This document shows positions 10,140-19,727 of a stretch of DNA of 56,882 bases, piece by piece. The notes beneath the pieces are model-generated. The model was not told the origin of the DNA. It worked only from the letters and a program-made list of their open reading frames with translations, and searched no databases. The DNA is taken from NCBI GenBank assembly GCA_042570465.1, contig JBHPGO010000003.1, forward strand, positions 1-56,882, in the 5' to 3' direction. A program made the position numbers and the translations under genes. Position 1 is the stretch's first letter; each line of letters opens with the position of its first letter. This stretch comes from Patescibacteria group bacterium (GTDB lineage Bacteria > Patescibacteriota > Microgenomatia > PFEM01 > JBHPGO01).

Positions 10140-10403
10140 TTAACTAAAAAGGCCGCACCTCCCCTCTTTGCATTTTTGAGAGATAAAATAATAAACCTGT
10201 CGTCCTTTTTTGGCCGAAGAAACTAAGCCCGCTTCCTTTAAATAGCGCAAGTGGTGAGTAATCGTGGGCTGGGTCAATTTAAAATTATTAACAATCTCTG
10301 AAACAGTCATCTTTTCTTTTTTTTGAAGTAAATTCACAATCTCAACCCGAGATTTGGTGGCTAACCCGGCAAAACAATCACAACAATCAGATGTAAGCTT
10401 CAT
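10140..10403 (-). CDS. ArsR/SmtB-family transcriptional regulator
   Basis: LTQPTITHHLRYLKEAGLV...KGRQVYY; Cys pairs at both ends. Confidence 0.9.
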   Translation of the reverse strand: MKLTSDCCDCFAGLATKSRVEIVNLLQKKEKMTVSEIVNNFKLTQPTITHHLRYLKEAGLVSSAKKGRQVYYFISQKCKEGRCGLFS

Positions 10404-10539
10404 GGTAAAGCAGGTTACGTTATTCGGCTAGGGTTACAAAGCCCATTTCGTGAATTGGTTACGGTTACGTGTTTCTTTAACAACGTAACCTAATCACGTA
10501 ACCGATACCGGCATCGTAACCATCACCGTAACCGAAAAT

Positions 10540-10576
10540 ATATATAGATTATAATCTATATATTGAAACTAGTCAA
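10540..10576 (-). promoter_or_regulatory. sigma70 promoter overlapped by a 24-bp palindromic operator (probable ArsR site)
   Basis: TTGACT-17 nt-TATAAT on minus strand; perfect palindrome ATATATAGATTATAATCTATATAT at 10540-10563. Confidence 0.75.
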
Positions 10577-10595
10577 GAAGATTAAATTGAAAAAG

Positions 10596-11780
10596 CTAGG
10601 CAAACATCAACCATTCAGGTTTAAAAAGAAGCAGTAAACCGATAACAACCATTAAAGCGCCCCCGATTAAACGAGACCACCGTGCGTACTTATTCTGAAT
10701 TCCGGTTGCCCGAAGAGTAATCATGGCGATAAAAAAGACAAAAAGATCGTCAAGCATAAAAATAAGAATATAAAACAATAGGTAGCCATAATATTGCCAC
10801 CTCGGCAACTCGGTCAAACTGAGAATTTGGGTATAAATTGCTGGTAAGCCTGCTGAACAAACTAGTTCAATTAAGTTAACCGCAAAAGCCAGTAAAATTA
10901 TTCCTCCCAAGGCTAACCAAAGCTCTTTTCTTTGAGTCATTTGCCTGATCTTATTAAATATTTTCTCTTTTTTTTTATCGCCGACTGTCTTGCAGCTCCC
11001 GTCTCGATTAACCCAGTAATCGCGCAAGCTCCAACCTCCAGCTGCTAAGGCGACTAAGCCAATCAGCAACCTAACCCATAAAACAAAACCCAGGAATAAA
11101 AATAAGTTTAACCAGGCGGTCATAAAGAGAAAGTAAACTACTCCTGAAGCAACAATAAAGGTTGTTCCCAAAAGCCACATTCTTTTCTTGTCCTTCATCC
11201 CCAGCAACAAGCTGATCAGAAAAAGAAGGGCCCACATTGCACAAGGATTAAAGCCGTCTAACAAAGCAATGATAAAGGTTAAAACCGGCAAGGAAAGGTT
11301 TTTAGTTTCCATATTGCCAATCAACGGCAGGCTCAACGTTTCAGGAATCGCTCGATTACTGGTTTCTTCCGGCTCTGAACCATTGATCAATCCAGCCACT
11401 ACATCTCGACAGCCTTCTTCCAAATAACAGTTAACCGCCTCCTCGATCTCTTTTCCGGTTGTTTCATCGTCTAAATAGCCCACGAAGTGATACTTGCCAA
11501 CGACAGTAAAGGGCACTCCACCTTTGGCTGAAAGCTCTTTACCAACCTTCTGAAGAAGTTTAAGATTTTCCTGACTGGCCGAAACTTCAAAATCCCTAAT
11601 CTCCAGTTGAGGATACTTTTGAACAAGGTCTATTAAAAAATCTTTTTCCCGAGAACAATGAGAGCAAGTTTTACTCCAAAAAAAGTAAATCGGCTTCTTT
11701 TCCTGAGCAATTACTGTCGGCCTGACAAGCCAAAAAAGAGCCAAAAAAATTATCGATATTTTTATAAATTTTCTAAACAT
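10596..11780 (-). CDS. glutaredoxin/thioredoxin domain fused to CcdA/DsbD-like membrane domain
   Basis: CSHC motif, GVPFT, DGFNPCAMW, ELVCSAG, multiple TM helices. Confidence 0.8.
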   Translation of the reverse strand: MFRKFIKISIIFLALFWLVRPTVIAQEKKPIYFFWSKTCSHCSREKDFLIDLVQKYPQLEIRDFEVSASQENLKLLQKVGKELSAKGGVPFTVVGKYHFVGYLDDETTGKEIEEAVNCYLEEGCRDVVAGLINGSEPEETSNRAIPETLSLPLIGNMETKNLSLPVLTFIIALLDGFNPCAMWALLFLISLLLGMKDKKRMWLLGTTFIVASGVVYFLFMTAWLNLFLFLGFVLWVRLLIGLVALAAGGWSLRDYWVNRDGSCKTVGDKKKEKIFNKIRQMTQRKELWLALGGIILLAFAVNLIELVCSAGLPAIYTQILSLTELPRWQYYGYLLFYILIFMLDDLFVFFIAMITLRATGIQNKYARWSRLIGGALMVVIGLLLLFKPEWLMFA

Positions 11781-11814
11781 GTCTTTCGATATTAGATATT
11801 AGAAATTAGAAATT

Positions 11815-12087
11815 TTATTCATCCTTGTTTTCCAAAATCATCTCCTCAAGTTTCTTTTTACTCACTTCTCCGTGCAGTCTCAAAAACTCTTTGCCTTTTT
11901 TGTTTAAAAAAATAAAAGCCGGTAGCCGGCCACCCTCAATCTGATAGTTATTAACCAATTCTCTGTCTTGGTCATAGTCATAATCCTCCGTTTCCAGCCA
12001 CGGATTTTCTTTTTCAATCTCTTGCCATCGGGGCCGCATTACCAAACACCCCGAACACCAAACGGCGCCAAACTTTAAAACTTTCAT
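11815..12087 (-). CDS. thioredoxin-family protein
   Basis: KFGAVWCSGC motif. Confidence 0.85.
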   Translation of the reverse strand: MKVLKFGAVWCSGCLVMRPRWQEIEKENPWLETEDYDYDQDRELVNNYQIEGGRLPAFIFLNKKGKEFLRLHGEVSKKKLEEMILENKDE

Positions 12088-12127
12088 GAAGCTGTATTTT
12101 ACTCTTTTTTTTGCCTCCAGGCAAAGA

Positions 12128-12841
12128 CTAATTCTTTTTCAAATAAAATTGCCTTTTTTTCTCTTCAAACCTCTCGATGGCATACCGAAGCATCGTCCGA
12201 GGCATTTTCCGATAGTGTTTTTTTAAAAACTTCTCCTCAATTGCCTGATCCTGCTTACCGACCTCCCTGAGCATCCAACCAACCGCTTTATGAATCAAAT
12301 CATGGTTGTCATTTAATAATATTTCGCTGATTTTCAATGAATCCCTGAACTGCTTTTCGCGGATAAAGGCAAAAGTAGCCAAAACTGATATTCTTTTTTC
12401 CCAAAGATTTTTTGATTTGGCCAGTTTGTACAAAAGCGAACGGTCTCGATCAAGCAAATATGCTCCCAAAATCCTTGGAGCTGACAAATCTACTAAATCC
12501 CAATTATTGACAAACCGCGTGTTTTTTAAATAAAGATCAACAATTGCTTGTCTTTCTTTTTCACCAGCTTTTTGAAACTTGCTGACCAAAATCAACAGTG
12601 AAGTTAGTCTTACCTCATGAACCTTATCACCCAAAAGCCTTTTAATCTCAACTAAGGGTAAGTCAATGAACTTTTTGGCTACCAAACGTTGCTGGGGCAC
12701 CGTCAATCCCCAAAAAACATCGCCTTCACCATATTCTCCCGGCCCGGTTTTGAAAAACCGACCCAAGTCCTTTGCTTTTTGAGGACTACGGAGTTGGGCA
12801 AGCCTGTTTCTAACTTCTGAAGCAGTTTTAAAATCAGTCAT
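12128..12841 (-). CDS. DNA alkylation repair protein (AlkD-like)
   Basis: FFKTGPGEYGEGD, NNWDLVD, HKAVGWMLREVGK, MPRTMLRYAIE. Confidence 0.9.
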   Translation of the reverse strand: MTDFKTASEVRNRLAQLRSPQKAKDLGRFFKTGPGEYGEGDVFWGLTVPQQRLVAKKFIDLPLVEIKRLLGDKVHEVRLTSLLILVSKFQKAGEKERQAIVDLYLKNTRFVNNWDLVDLSAPRILGAYLLDRDRSLLYKLAKSKNLWEKRISVLATFAFIREKQFRDSLKISEILLNDNHDLIHKAVGWMLREVGKQDQAIEEKFLKKHYRKMPRTMLRYAIERFEEKKRQFYLKKN

Positions 12842-13899
12842 TGTTGGCTCGATTACATGATAAACTATTTATCAGAATGAAGCAAAAACGCCTGGTATTT
12901 ATTGACTTACTTCGTTTTCTAGCCATCTTCCTCATGTTTTGGGATCACGCCATAAAGCTTTTTTATAACTTTGACCGAGCCAATTGGCAGGGCCCATTCT
13001 TTAATAACTTAAGCACCAGTATCCTCCTAATCACTCCTCTCTCTGCCTCATTATTTTTGTTCCTTGTCGGCTTTTGCTTATGTTTTTCTTTTCACCGAAA
13101 AAAGCAAACCAAAAAACTAAAATGGGTTTTTAGAAAAATTCTCAAAGGAGTTGTTTTAATTGCTTTGAGCTTCTTTCTCTACTATTTTCGCTATGATCCG
13201 GGACTGACTAAAATCCCAGCTACCTCTGGAATCTTACAACTAATCGGCTCTTCCTATATTCTTATTCCAATGATCATGTTTCTCCCCAAACTAATCAGAC
13301 TACCTCTCTTTTTGACCCTCATTATAACCAGCCCCATCTTGGATCACGTTTTAAGAACAGGAGAAGTAGCTATCCCCTTACTAAACGTTCTTTCTTTTCC
13401 CTTTTTGCCCTACATAACCTACGTTCTCGGAGGAATTTTACTGGCTGAAGGCTACCGTTACTTTCAAAAGTCACCCAGGAAAAAAATATTTTTTCAAGGA
13501 TTGGCCTGGAGCTCACTGGCCACTATAGGATTCTTTCTGGCTTTTTCGAACTTTGACCCCCTACTCATCTTCCGCAGCTATATATCGATTGAAAACCATC
13601 GTCTTCACTCAAGTCTGATGGTCCTTTACAACCTTTCGATTATCGTCTTGGTTTTTTCAACGCTTGTCAGACTCGAAAAACTTCTCTCCCGAATTAAACT
13701 TCTGAAAATTCCGGCCCTTATCGGCAAAGAAGCCCTGGGAATTTATGTCTTTCATATCCTACTTGGCTGGGGAGCCAGTCGATACTTTCTTAAAGAAGCC
13801 AGGTTTGGTTTTACTTATACTCTGTCAGCAGTTTTAATCTTTTGCCTAATAGGATGGGGATACGCGATGCTTAAAAAAAGATTTATTACCACCCAATAA
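12841..13899 (+). CDS. membrane acyltransferase-like protein (HGSNAT/DUF1624-like); true start may be 12877
   Basis: RLVFIDLLRFLAI...DH N-terminal motif; many TM helices. Confidence 0.7.
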   Translation: MLARLHDKLFIRMKQKRLVFIDLLRFLAIFLMFWDHAIKLFYNFDRANWQGPFFNNLSTSILLITPLSASLFLFLVGFCLCFSFHRKKQTKKLKWVFRKILKGVVLIALSFFLYYFRYDPGLTKIPATSGILQLIGSSYILIPMIMFLPKLIRLPLFLTLIITSPILDHVLRTGEVAIPLLNVLSFPFLPYITYVLGGILLAEGYRYFQKSPRKKIFFQGLAWSSLATIGFFLAFSNFDPLLIFRSYISIENHRLHSSLMVLYNLSIIVLVFSTLVRLEKLLSRIKLLKIPALIGKEALGIYVFHILLGWGASRYFLKEARFGFTYTLSAVLIFCLIGWGYAMLKKRFITTQ

Positions 13900-13900
13900 A

Positions 13901-13933
13901 CAGTCCCGAGGCACTAAAGCGCGATCGGGACTG
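13901..13933. terminator. hairpin between convergent genes
   Basis: CAGTCCCGA...TCGGGACTG inverted repeat. Confidence 0.6.
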
Positions 13934-13954
13934 AAAATTTATCTTCAGAGAAGA

Positions 13955-14215
13955 TTAATCTCTGGGCTTAGGTGGTCGAGCCACATTAACAATCATCTTG
14001 CGACCTTCGAGCTCTTGCTCGCTGAACATTTCAATCGCTTTCTTAGCCTCCTCTTCACTACTCATTTCAACAAAGCCAAAGCCCTTAGACCGACCAGAAT
14101 ACTTATCGCTAATAACAACTGAGCTGGTAACTTTTCCAGCCTTAGCAAATAGCTCGCCTAGTTGATCACCGGTGACACCGTAATCAAGATTACCGACGTA
14201 AAGTTTATTATTCAA
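13955..14215 (-). CDS. RRM RNA-binding protein
   Basis: RNP2 LYVGNL and RNP1 KGFGFVEM. Confidence 0.93.
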   Translation of the reverse strand: MNNKLYVGNLDYGVTGDQLGELFAKAGKVTSSVVISDKYSGRSKGFGFVEMSSEEEAKKAIEMFSEQELEGRKMIVNVARPPKPRD

Positions 14216-14400
14216 TTTTTCTCACCTCTTTTCTAAAATAGGGAATTTCTTTGGAGACTTTTCTGCCAGAAGAAAAAATATCTGGAGGCCTTGGCCAATC
14301 ACACTCAAAAACCAAGACTATCCAAAAGAAAACCACGAACAATGTTAACGAGTGGAATAATACCATAAATCAACCAAAAAATAAAGTTTGGTTGGAAAAA

Positions 14401-15003
14401 TTATTCTTCTTTTTTAATCACGTAAATTCCTTTACGGGTAGAAATCAACTTTGCCCTGTGGCTCCCAAGAAACTCTTTAACCGCCCTTCTGATCGGAAAT
14501 CCCTCGATTGGCGCCCACCAATAATCATCACCACCGATAATTCCCCCCACCTTTACCTTGGAGTAAAAAAGCTCCAAGTCCTTTTTAACATATTCGTAGG
14601 AATGATCACCGTCAATAAAAATCCAATCAAAATAGTTATTAGCAAACTTCTGAACCACTTCCTCAGATTTGCCTCGATGAACAATAACTTGTTTTTGACC
14701 GGCAAATCTTTTCTTGACCTTTCGATAAATTTTATCCATGTCCGCTTGTTTCTTAGCCACCCCTCCCCCATACCAACGGTGTGGGTATTGAGGGAAAAAT
14801 TCCCAAGGGTCAATCAGGTGAAGTTTTTTAGGCTGAACAATTTCCAAAATCTCTTGGCTTAGGTCCCCAAGCCAAACACCAATTTCCACCCCCACACTAT
14901 TCTTGGGAAGACTTTTTAAGAATTCAAGTTTTTCGGATTCTTTTTTAATTAACCAATTAATAAACTTTGAGACTAAAAAGACGATCTTCATCTTCAATAT
15001 CAT
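14401..15003 (-). CDS. class I SAM-dependent methyltransferase (Methyltransf_24-like)
   Basis: VEIGVWLG, FDWIFIDGDHSYE, GGIIGGDDY. Confidence 0.88.
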   Translation of the reverse strand: MILKMKIVFLVSKFINWLIKKESEKLEFLKSLPKNSVGVEIGVWLGDLSQEILEIVQPKKLHLIDPWEFFPQYPHRWYGGGVAKKQADMDKIYRKVKKRFAGQKQVIVHRGKSEEVVQKFANNYFDWIFIDGDHSYEYVKKDLELFYSKVKVGGIIGGDDYWWAPIEGFPIRRAVKEFLGSHRAKLISTRKGIYVIKKEE

Positions 15004-15108
15004 AGCAAACTCATTTCTTGAAATAAATACCCCCTTGCCCTGCCGCCTGGAATAAACAATGAAATTTTGATATAATTAGGCTCAGTAAGTAAAGAAAAGC
15101 TTATTCCA

Positions 15109-15333
15109 ATGAGAACTGAAGAAATAAGAGATTTATCAAACAGCTTAGTCTACCAACCAAGTCGAGGGCAACTTGTTGAAGAAAAAAACCAAGAAAGATT
15201 GCGTCAACAATTACTTCGAGCTGGAGAAGCTCCTGGTTCCGCCAGCAGAACAAGGGAAGCCATCACTTTTCTCAACAGCATTGGGCCTCTTCGCGAACCA
15301 GCAGGAAAACAAGGAGAAGATACAACAGATTAA
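15109..15333 (+). CDS. hypothetical protein
   Basis: ORF after TGATATAAT -10 element. Confidence 0.45.
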   Translation: MRTEEIRDLSNSLVYQPSRGQLVEEKNQERLRQQLLRAGEAPGSASRTREAITFLNSIGPLREPAGKQGEDTTD

Positions 15334-15352
15334 ATTCGATTGAAAAGACCAG

Positions 15353-15799
15353 ATGAGTAAAGAAGGACAGCCAGTTTTTTGGAAAACTAATCAAGAGTTA
15401 AGGCCCAGGCCGCTGACAACCTCTTCCGAAAATTATGCATCCCCAACTAGAACAAGTCTCTTTCAGGTTGGTATCTTAGTTAAAATTGAAGAAGGAAAAC
15501 AGCGGGTAATTAAGTTGCATCAGGCGATTGAACAAGGAGAGTCAGCTTGGCTAAAATTCTACTCACCAACTTCAGGCGTTATCTTGACCGCTCCAATTTT
15601 TGGGGCAGTTTCTTTTTCTAATTTACGATTGGAGCAATTTGGCCGAACTGAAAAGCCATTTAACGCTGATTTAGTTTGTGCCACTATTGGCCTAAGCAGA
15701 GAACAAGAGTGGCAAGTTACCCCTGAAGATTTTAACGATCCTTTAGCTAGATTTTTTTCTTCTCGACCCAAGCAGGAAACCTTTCAAAACCAAAGCTAA
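15353..15799 (+). CDS. hypothetical protein
   Basis: ORF only. Confidence 0.5.
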   Translation: MSKEGQPVFWKTNQELRPRPLTTSSENYASPTRTSLFQVGILVKIEEGKQRVIKLHQAIEQGESAWLKFYSPTSGVILTAPIFGAVSFSNLRLEQFGRTEKPFNADLVCATIGLSREQEWQVTPEDFNDPLARFFSSRPKQETFQNQS

Positions 15800-15842
15800 C
15801 GGCTAATTTACAATTTAGAATGGAAAAGGTATAATTCAGGCA

Positions 15843-16202
15843 ATGACCGAGAAAGTTTTTGATATTCGAAAAAGAAGCTTTGAGTTTGGAGCAAGCATAA
15901 TCCGGCTGTCGACAAAGTTACCAAAAAATTCGGCAGGATATGCAGTTTGTAACCAAATCGTTCGGTCTGGCACGAGTGTTGGTGCAAACATTGAAGAAGC
16001 ACAAAGCGCGGGAACCAAAAAAGAGTTTATCAGGGGAATAACCATCGCACTTAAAGAAGCACGGGAAACCAAGTATTGGTTGAGATTAATTGCAGAAACA
16101 AAACTTGCTCAAACCAAAGAAATTGAAAGACTAATTGAAGAAAACACCGAGATCATTAAAATATTGATAACGATTATCAAGAAAAGCAAAGCAAAACCTT
16201 AA
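15843..16202 (+). CDS. four-helix-bundle protein (23S rRNA IVP / Avd-like)
   Basis: QIVRSGTSVGANIEEA...KEARETKYWLRL. Confidence 0.92.
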   Translation: MTEKVFDIRKRSFEFGASIIRLSTKLPKNSAGYAVCNQIVRSGTSVGANIEEAQSAGTKKEFIRGITIALKEARETKYWLRLIAETKLAQTKEIERLIEENTEIIKILITIIKKSKAKP

Positions 16203-16277
16203 ATTACACATTGTAAATCGCTCATTAAATATATCTTGAATTGTACATTTTACATTATTAATTATTCATTAACATAT

Positions 16278-16349
16278 TCCGCGGTAGCTCAATGGTAGAG
16301 CGGTCGACTGTTAATCGACTGGTTGTAGGTTCGAGTCCTACCCGCGGAG
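16278..16349 (+). tRNA. tRNA-Asn(GTT)
   Basis: cloverleaf; acceptor TCCGCGG/CCGCGGA, anticodon loop CTGTTAA, GGTTCGAGTCC. Confidence 0.95.
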
Positions 16350-16471
16350 CAAGATGGGCGTTAATAGAACTTCTTTTAGCCTTGTAAATTGCAGTTTTTC
16401 CATTGATTTTGTGTGGTTTATAAAAAGGTCAGCTTCATATAAAATAAGCTTGAGGAAACCGTAGAAATACA

Positions 16472-16612
16472 ATGAAAAAGAAAAAAGCCAAAGCAACATT
16501 TATGCAGTTTGCCAAGAAAGCAAAGACAAAGGATTATATGGCGACAGCTTTCTGGTATCATATGTTTTTCGTTCCCAGCAATCTGTCATTGAATGAGTTT
16601 TTTAAGAAATGA
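16472..16612 (+). CDS. small basic hypothetical protein (46 aa)
   Basis: ORF ends in an ATGA overlap with the next gene. Confidence 0.35.
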   Translation: MKKKKAKATFMQFAKKAKTKDYMATAFWYHMFFVPSNLSLNEFFKK

Positions 16613-17529
16613 ATATGAAAAAGCCAAAAATTGTCGTTACCAGCCCAATGAATTTTCTTCCTGAACAGAGGAAAAGACTAGAAAAACTTGGTGATGTAAG
16701 AATCTACGATACACTTCCCAAATCTCCTGATGAATGGATGAAAAGAACTGAAGGATATGAAATTGTTTGTAGTGGAAAATATGGTTTAACCGAGAGGATA
16801 TATGAGAGGAAAAATGTCTTTTATTCTCTACCGTTTGTTGCAGTTGGTTGGATTGATATAAAGAAACTACAAGAAGCTGGAAATACTGTTTCTTACTCTC
16901 CGGGATGTAATAGTTATGCAGTAAGTGAGTGGATAATATCTTCAACTCTCTTATTAATGAGAAAGTTTGATCGCTTAGTAAATACTAAAAAGCTAAAGAA
17001 TAAAACCGGCTCACCTGACTACTTTGGACTTGCTGATAAAAAGGTATGTGTTTTGGGTAAGGGACATATTGGTTCAAAAGTGGGCAAAGTATTGAATAGC
17101 TTAGGCATGGAAGTTAGTTATTATGGCAGAAGTGACGATTTAATTAAAAAAGTAAAAGGGCGTGATGCTGTAGTAAATACTCTGAGTTCCAACGAAAGTA
17201 CTCAGGGATTACTTGATAAGAGGTTTTTTGATTCATTCTCTGGTAAAACATTTTTTCTTACTGTTACTAGTTTAAAGATATATGATTCGGAAGCAATGCT
17301 CGAAGCATTGAAAAAAGGAAAGCTCCTTGGTGTGGCTGATGATTGTGGGAGTATTTTACCTGGAGATTATGATGATCCTTACTACAAAAGGCTTTTAAAG
17401 ACTACTGGCGTTATTGCAACTCCACACATTGCATATCAATCAGATGTATCTATAAGAATTAGCAATGATATGTTGATTGATAATGTCGAAGCTTGGATAA
17501 AAGGAAAGCCAATACATTTATTGAAATAA
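16609..17529 (+). CDS. D-isomer-specific 2-hydroxyacid dehydrogenase
   Basis: PGCNSYAVSE, GKGHIG, TPHIAY. Confidence 0.85.
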   Translation: MNMKKPKIVVTSPMNFLPEQRKRLEKLGDVRIYDTLPKSPDEWMKRTEGYEIVCSGKYGLTERIYERKNVFYSLPFVAVGWIDIKKLQEAGNTVSYSPGCNSYAVSEWIISSTLLLMRKFDRLVNTKKLKNKTGSPDYFGLADKKVCVLGKGHIGSKVGKVLNSLGMEVSYYGRSDDLIKKVKGRDAVVNTLSSNESTQGLLDKRFFDSFSGKTFFLTVTSLKIYDSEAMLEALKKGKLLGVADDCGSILPGDYDDPYYKRLLKTTGVIATPHIAYQSDVSIRISNDMLIDNVEAWIKGKPIHLLK

Positions 17530-18125
17530 TGATGCATAAACAACTAATTACTTGTGTTCTACATGGTGGTGAAACCTCAAGGAAGTCACCATATAACGAT
17601 TTGTTTTTTAAGCAATTCACTGAATTGGTGGACAAAAAAACTATAAAGATATTGATGTGTTATTGGTCAAGGGATAAGAGTAAGTGGGATGAGTTGCTTA
17701 AAAGGGATAGTGAGAAAGTGTTGAAGCAAACAAATAAGAAAGTGGTTTTTACCCTAGTGGGAAGTGTTAAGGATTTATACAAGCAACTTGCAGACAACGA
17801 TGTTTTGTATGTAGCAGGTGGTGACGCTGAATTGATCGAACCATTTCTTCCCAATATTAAAGATCTCAAAAAACATCTTCAAGGAAAAGTTTATATTGGG
17901 AGTTCGATGGGTGCTTTTATTGTTTCTAAACATTATGTGCTGTCGTTTGACAGTCAAGATTCGAACAGTGTCCACGATGGGATAGGGATGATTCCTATAA
18001 ATACACTCTGCCATTGGGATCCAGAAACTAGAAAGAGTCAAAAAATTAGCTTACTTAAAAAGAAAACTCCAAACATACCAATACTCACCCTAGACGAGTG
18101 TAAGCATGTAACATTTGTTATTTAA
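17529..18125 (+). CDS. peptidase S51 (peptidase E)-like protein
   Basis: LYVAGGD, YIGSSMGA, CHWD. Confidence 0.8.
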   Translation: MMHKQLITCVLHGGETSRKSPYNDLFFKQFTELVDKKTIKILMCYWSRDKSKWDELLKRDSEKVLKQTNKKVVFTLVGSVKDLYKQLADNDVLYVAGGDAELIEPFLPNIKDLKKHLQGKVYIGSSMGAFIVSKHYVLSFDSQDSNSVHDGIGMIPINTLCHWDPETRKSQKISLLKKKTPNIPILTLDECKHVTFVI

Positions 18126-18338
18126 CGTATTTCAGGGACTAGCTACTACTGCAGGTTGTAACTTCTTTATCTCCTCCCATCTGATCTTTAATACCTCCAT
18201 TTCCCCAACATTTTCAAAAGCCTGAATGATCGCCTTAATGGAAAATTGTAGGATTTCAGGTGATGGGAGCCCAATAGGACACTATTTAAATCCTCTTTTC
18301 CCTCTTGACTTTTTGTATGAATATTGTATGATTAGTGT

Positions 18339-18572
18339 ATGGCTACGATTAACATCTCGCTACCGATTAAGCTGAAAACACAAGCAGAAGCTCTCGTTAA
18401 GGGTGGCTATTATGCTTCTTTTAGTGATTTGGTTAGAGATTCGCTGCGTCGCCTAGTCGAAAGGGGCAAGTATGATTTGTGGTTGGATGAAGCCAAGGAC
18501 GACTTGAAGAAAGGTAAGGCGGTGATTTTAAAATCTGGTAAAGAGATTAACGAATATCTTAAGAAAGTATAA
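18339..18572 (+). CDS. RHH/CopG-type antitoxin
   Basis: INISLP...YASFSDLVRDSLRRL; directly upstream of toxin. Confidence 0.8.
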   Translation: MATINISLPIKLKTQAEALVKGGYYASFSDLVRDSLRRLVERGKYDLWLDEAKDDLKKGKAVILKSGKEINEYLKKV

Positions 18573-18833
18573 ATGTACCGACTGGTCCTCTCTTCTGCTT
18601 TTCAACGACAGTTGAAAAGACTTGTTAAAAGAAATCCACGCTTGAAAGGCAAGATTAAAAAGATTTTCGAATACCTAATCAAAAACGTCAATCACTCCTC
18701 ATTAAAACTCCACAAATTATCAGGCAAGAATAATTGGTCGATTTCGGTCACTCACGATATTCGGATAATTATCCATTTGGAAGGAGATCAAATCTTCTGC
18801 CTTCGGATTGGTTCCCACGATCAAGTTTATTAG
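18573..18833 (+). CDS. RelE/YafQ-family mRNA interferase toxin
   Basis: LKLHKLSG...WSISV..DIRII...IGSHDQVY. Confidence 0.85.
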   Translation: MYRLVLSSAFQRQLKRLVKRNPRLKGKIKKIFEYLIKNVNHSSLKLHKLSGKNNWSISVTHDIRIIIHLEGDQIFCLRIGSHDQVY

Positions 18834-18967
18834 AATTTGGAAGGCTTCGAATCTGCCAGAAACTTCAGATAATCCCACTCACTTTTGAAGATCAATCCAC
18901 GTTCAGTGCCTCGGTTGATGATGTGGTAAAATAATCCTGGAACAACCTGGCGGGCGTACCTGGGCAT
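18830..18967 (-). pseudogene. N-terminal fragment of Y1 (IS200/RAYT-like) transposase
   Basis: manual translation MPRYARQVVPGLFYHIINRGTERGLIFKSEWDYLKFL, stop after 45 aa; no HUH motif or catalytic Tyr. Confidence 0.75.
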
Positions 18968-18983
18968 AATTATCTACTAGTCT

Positions 18984-19187
18984 ATGCCAAAAAAAGGCCT
19001 TTGTGTCAAACTATCCTGGGTCTGTCCCTGTTGCCCTCTAGAGCTATGGACCCCTGCCTACTTTGACCCCACTAACAAAAAATTTATTCGCGTCAAAGAG
19101 GCAGAAAGCGTGTTCCTAGACAGAAAAGCGATAGTAAGCATAGAAAAAATCTCAGATAAAGAAGCTATAAAAATCTATAAAAAATAA
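18984..19187 (+). CDS. hypothetical protein
   Basis: ORF only. Confidence 0.4.
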   Translation: MPKKGLCVKLSWVCPCCPLELWTPAYFDPTNKKFIRVKEAESVFLDRKAIVSIEKISDKEAIKIYKK

Positions 19188-19225
19188 AAGCCGCTACTTT
19201 GTTTTTCGAAAATCTCGAGCGGTTA

Positions 19226-19302
19226 AAACTTGAAGTCGCCTATCACTCATACCTCTCACCCTCTTTTCCAAAACAATCTCTCATTTCCCAAGTCTAGGAA
19301 AT
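19226..19302 (+). repeat. dispersed ~80-bp repeat (copy 1; copy 2 at ~33400-33475)
   Basis: AAACTTGAAGTCGCCTATCACTCATACCTCTCACCCT... vs AAACTCGAAGTCGCCTGCCACTCATAGCTCTCACCCT... Confidence 0.7.
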
Positions 19303-19343
19303 TGATAATTTTGGTCGGCGTGGGGTTTTGATATAATGAACCC

Positions 19344-19727
19344 GTGAAGACAAAAATTGAAACTCCAAAAGCGATGCTTCCGGGCGAAAGCCCACATTCT
19401 CAAGCAATCGTAGCAAATGGTTTTGTATTTACTCAGGGCGTAATTTGTTTGACTCCCAAAGGTAAAGTGCTCGAAGGGACAATTGAGGAGCAAGTTCATC
19501 AGATAATGAAAAGCCTCCAAGCTATCCTTAAGGAAGCAGGCACTTCATTTGAAAGTGTGGTAAAAACTACGATTTTTGTGACTAGCATGTCGATTTATGG
19601 AAAAGTGAATGAGGTTTATAAAGGTTACTTTTCTGATCCCTATCCTGCCAGAGAAACAGTTTGTGTGAAAGAGCTTCCCTTGGGTGCCGAGGTGGAAATT
19701 AGCATGATAGCAGTGAGCGAGAAATGA
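19344..19727 (+). CDS. RidA/YjgF family protein
   Basis: HSQAI, VVKTTIF, PYPARETV, LPLGAEVEI. Confidence 0.9.
   Translation: MKTKIETPKAMLPGESPHSQAIVANGFVFTQGVICLTPKGKVLEGTIEEQVHQIMKSLQAILKEAGTSFESVVKTTIFVTSMSIYGKVNEVYKGYFSDPYPARETVCVKELPLGAEVEISMIAVSEK

Noticed and set aside
14251-14862. 203-aa + strand ORF and other antisense or shadow ORFs (e.g. 32-313, 21203-21670, 36042-36470, 37485-37871, 43210-43578, 50669-51094)
   Set aside because: They overlap well-supported genes or tRNAs and show no recognisable motifs.
15843-16202. Diversity-generating retroelement (Avd-like gene)
   Set aside because: No reverse transcriptase and no TR/VR pair with adenine-specific mismatches in the window.
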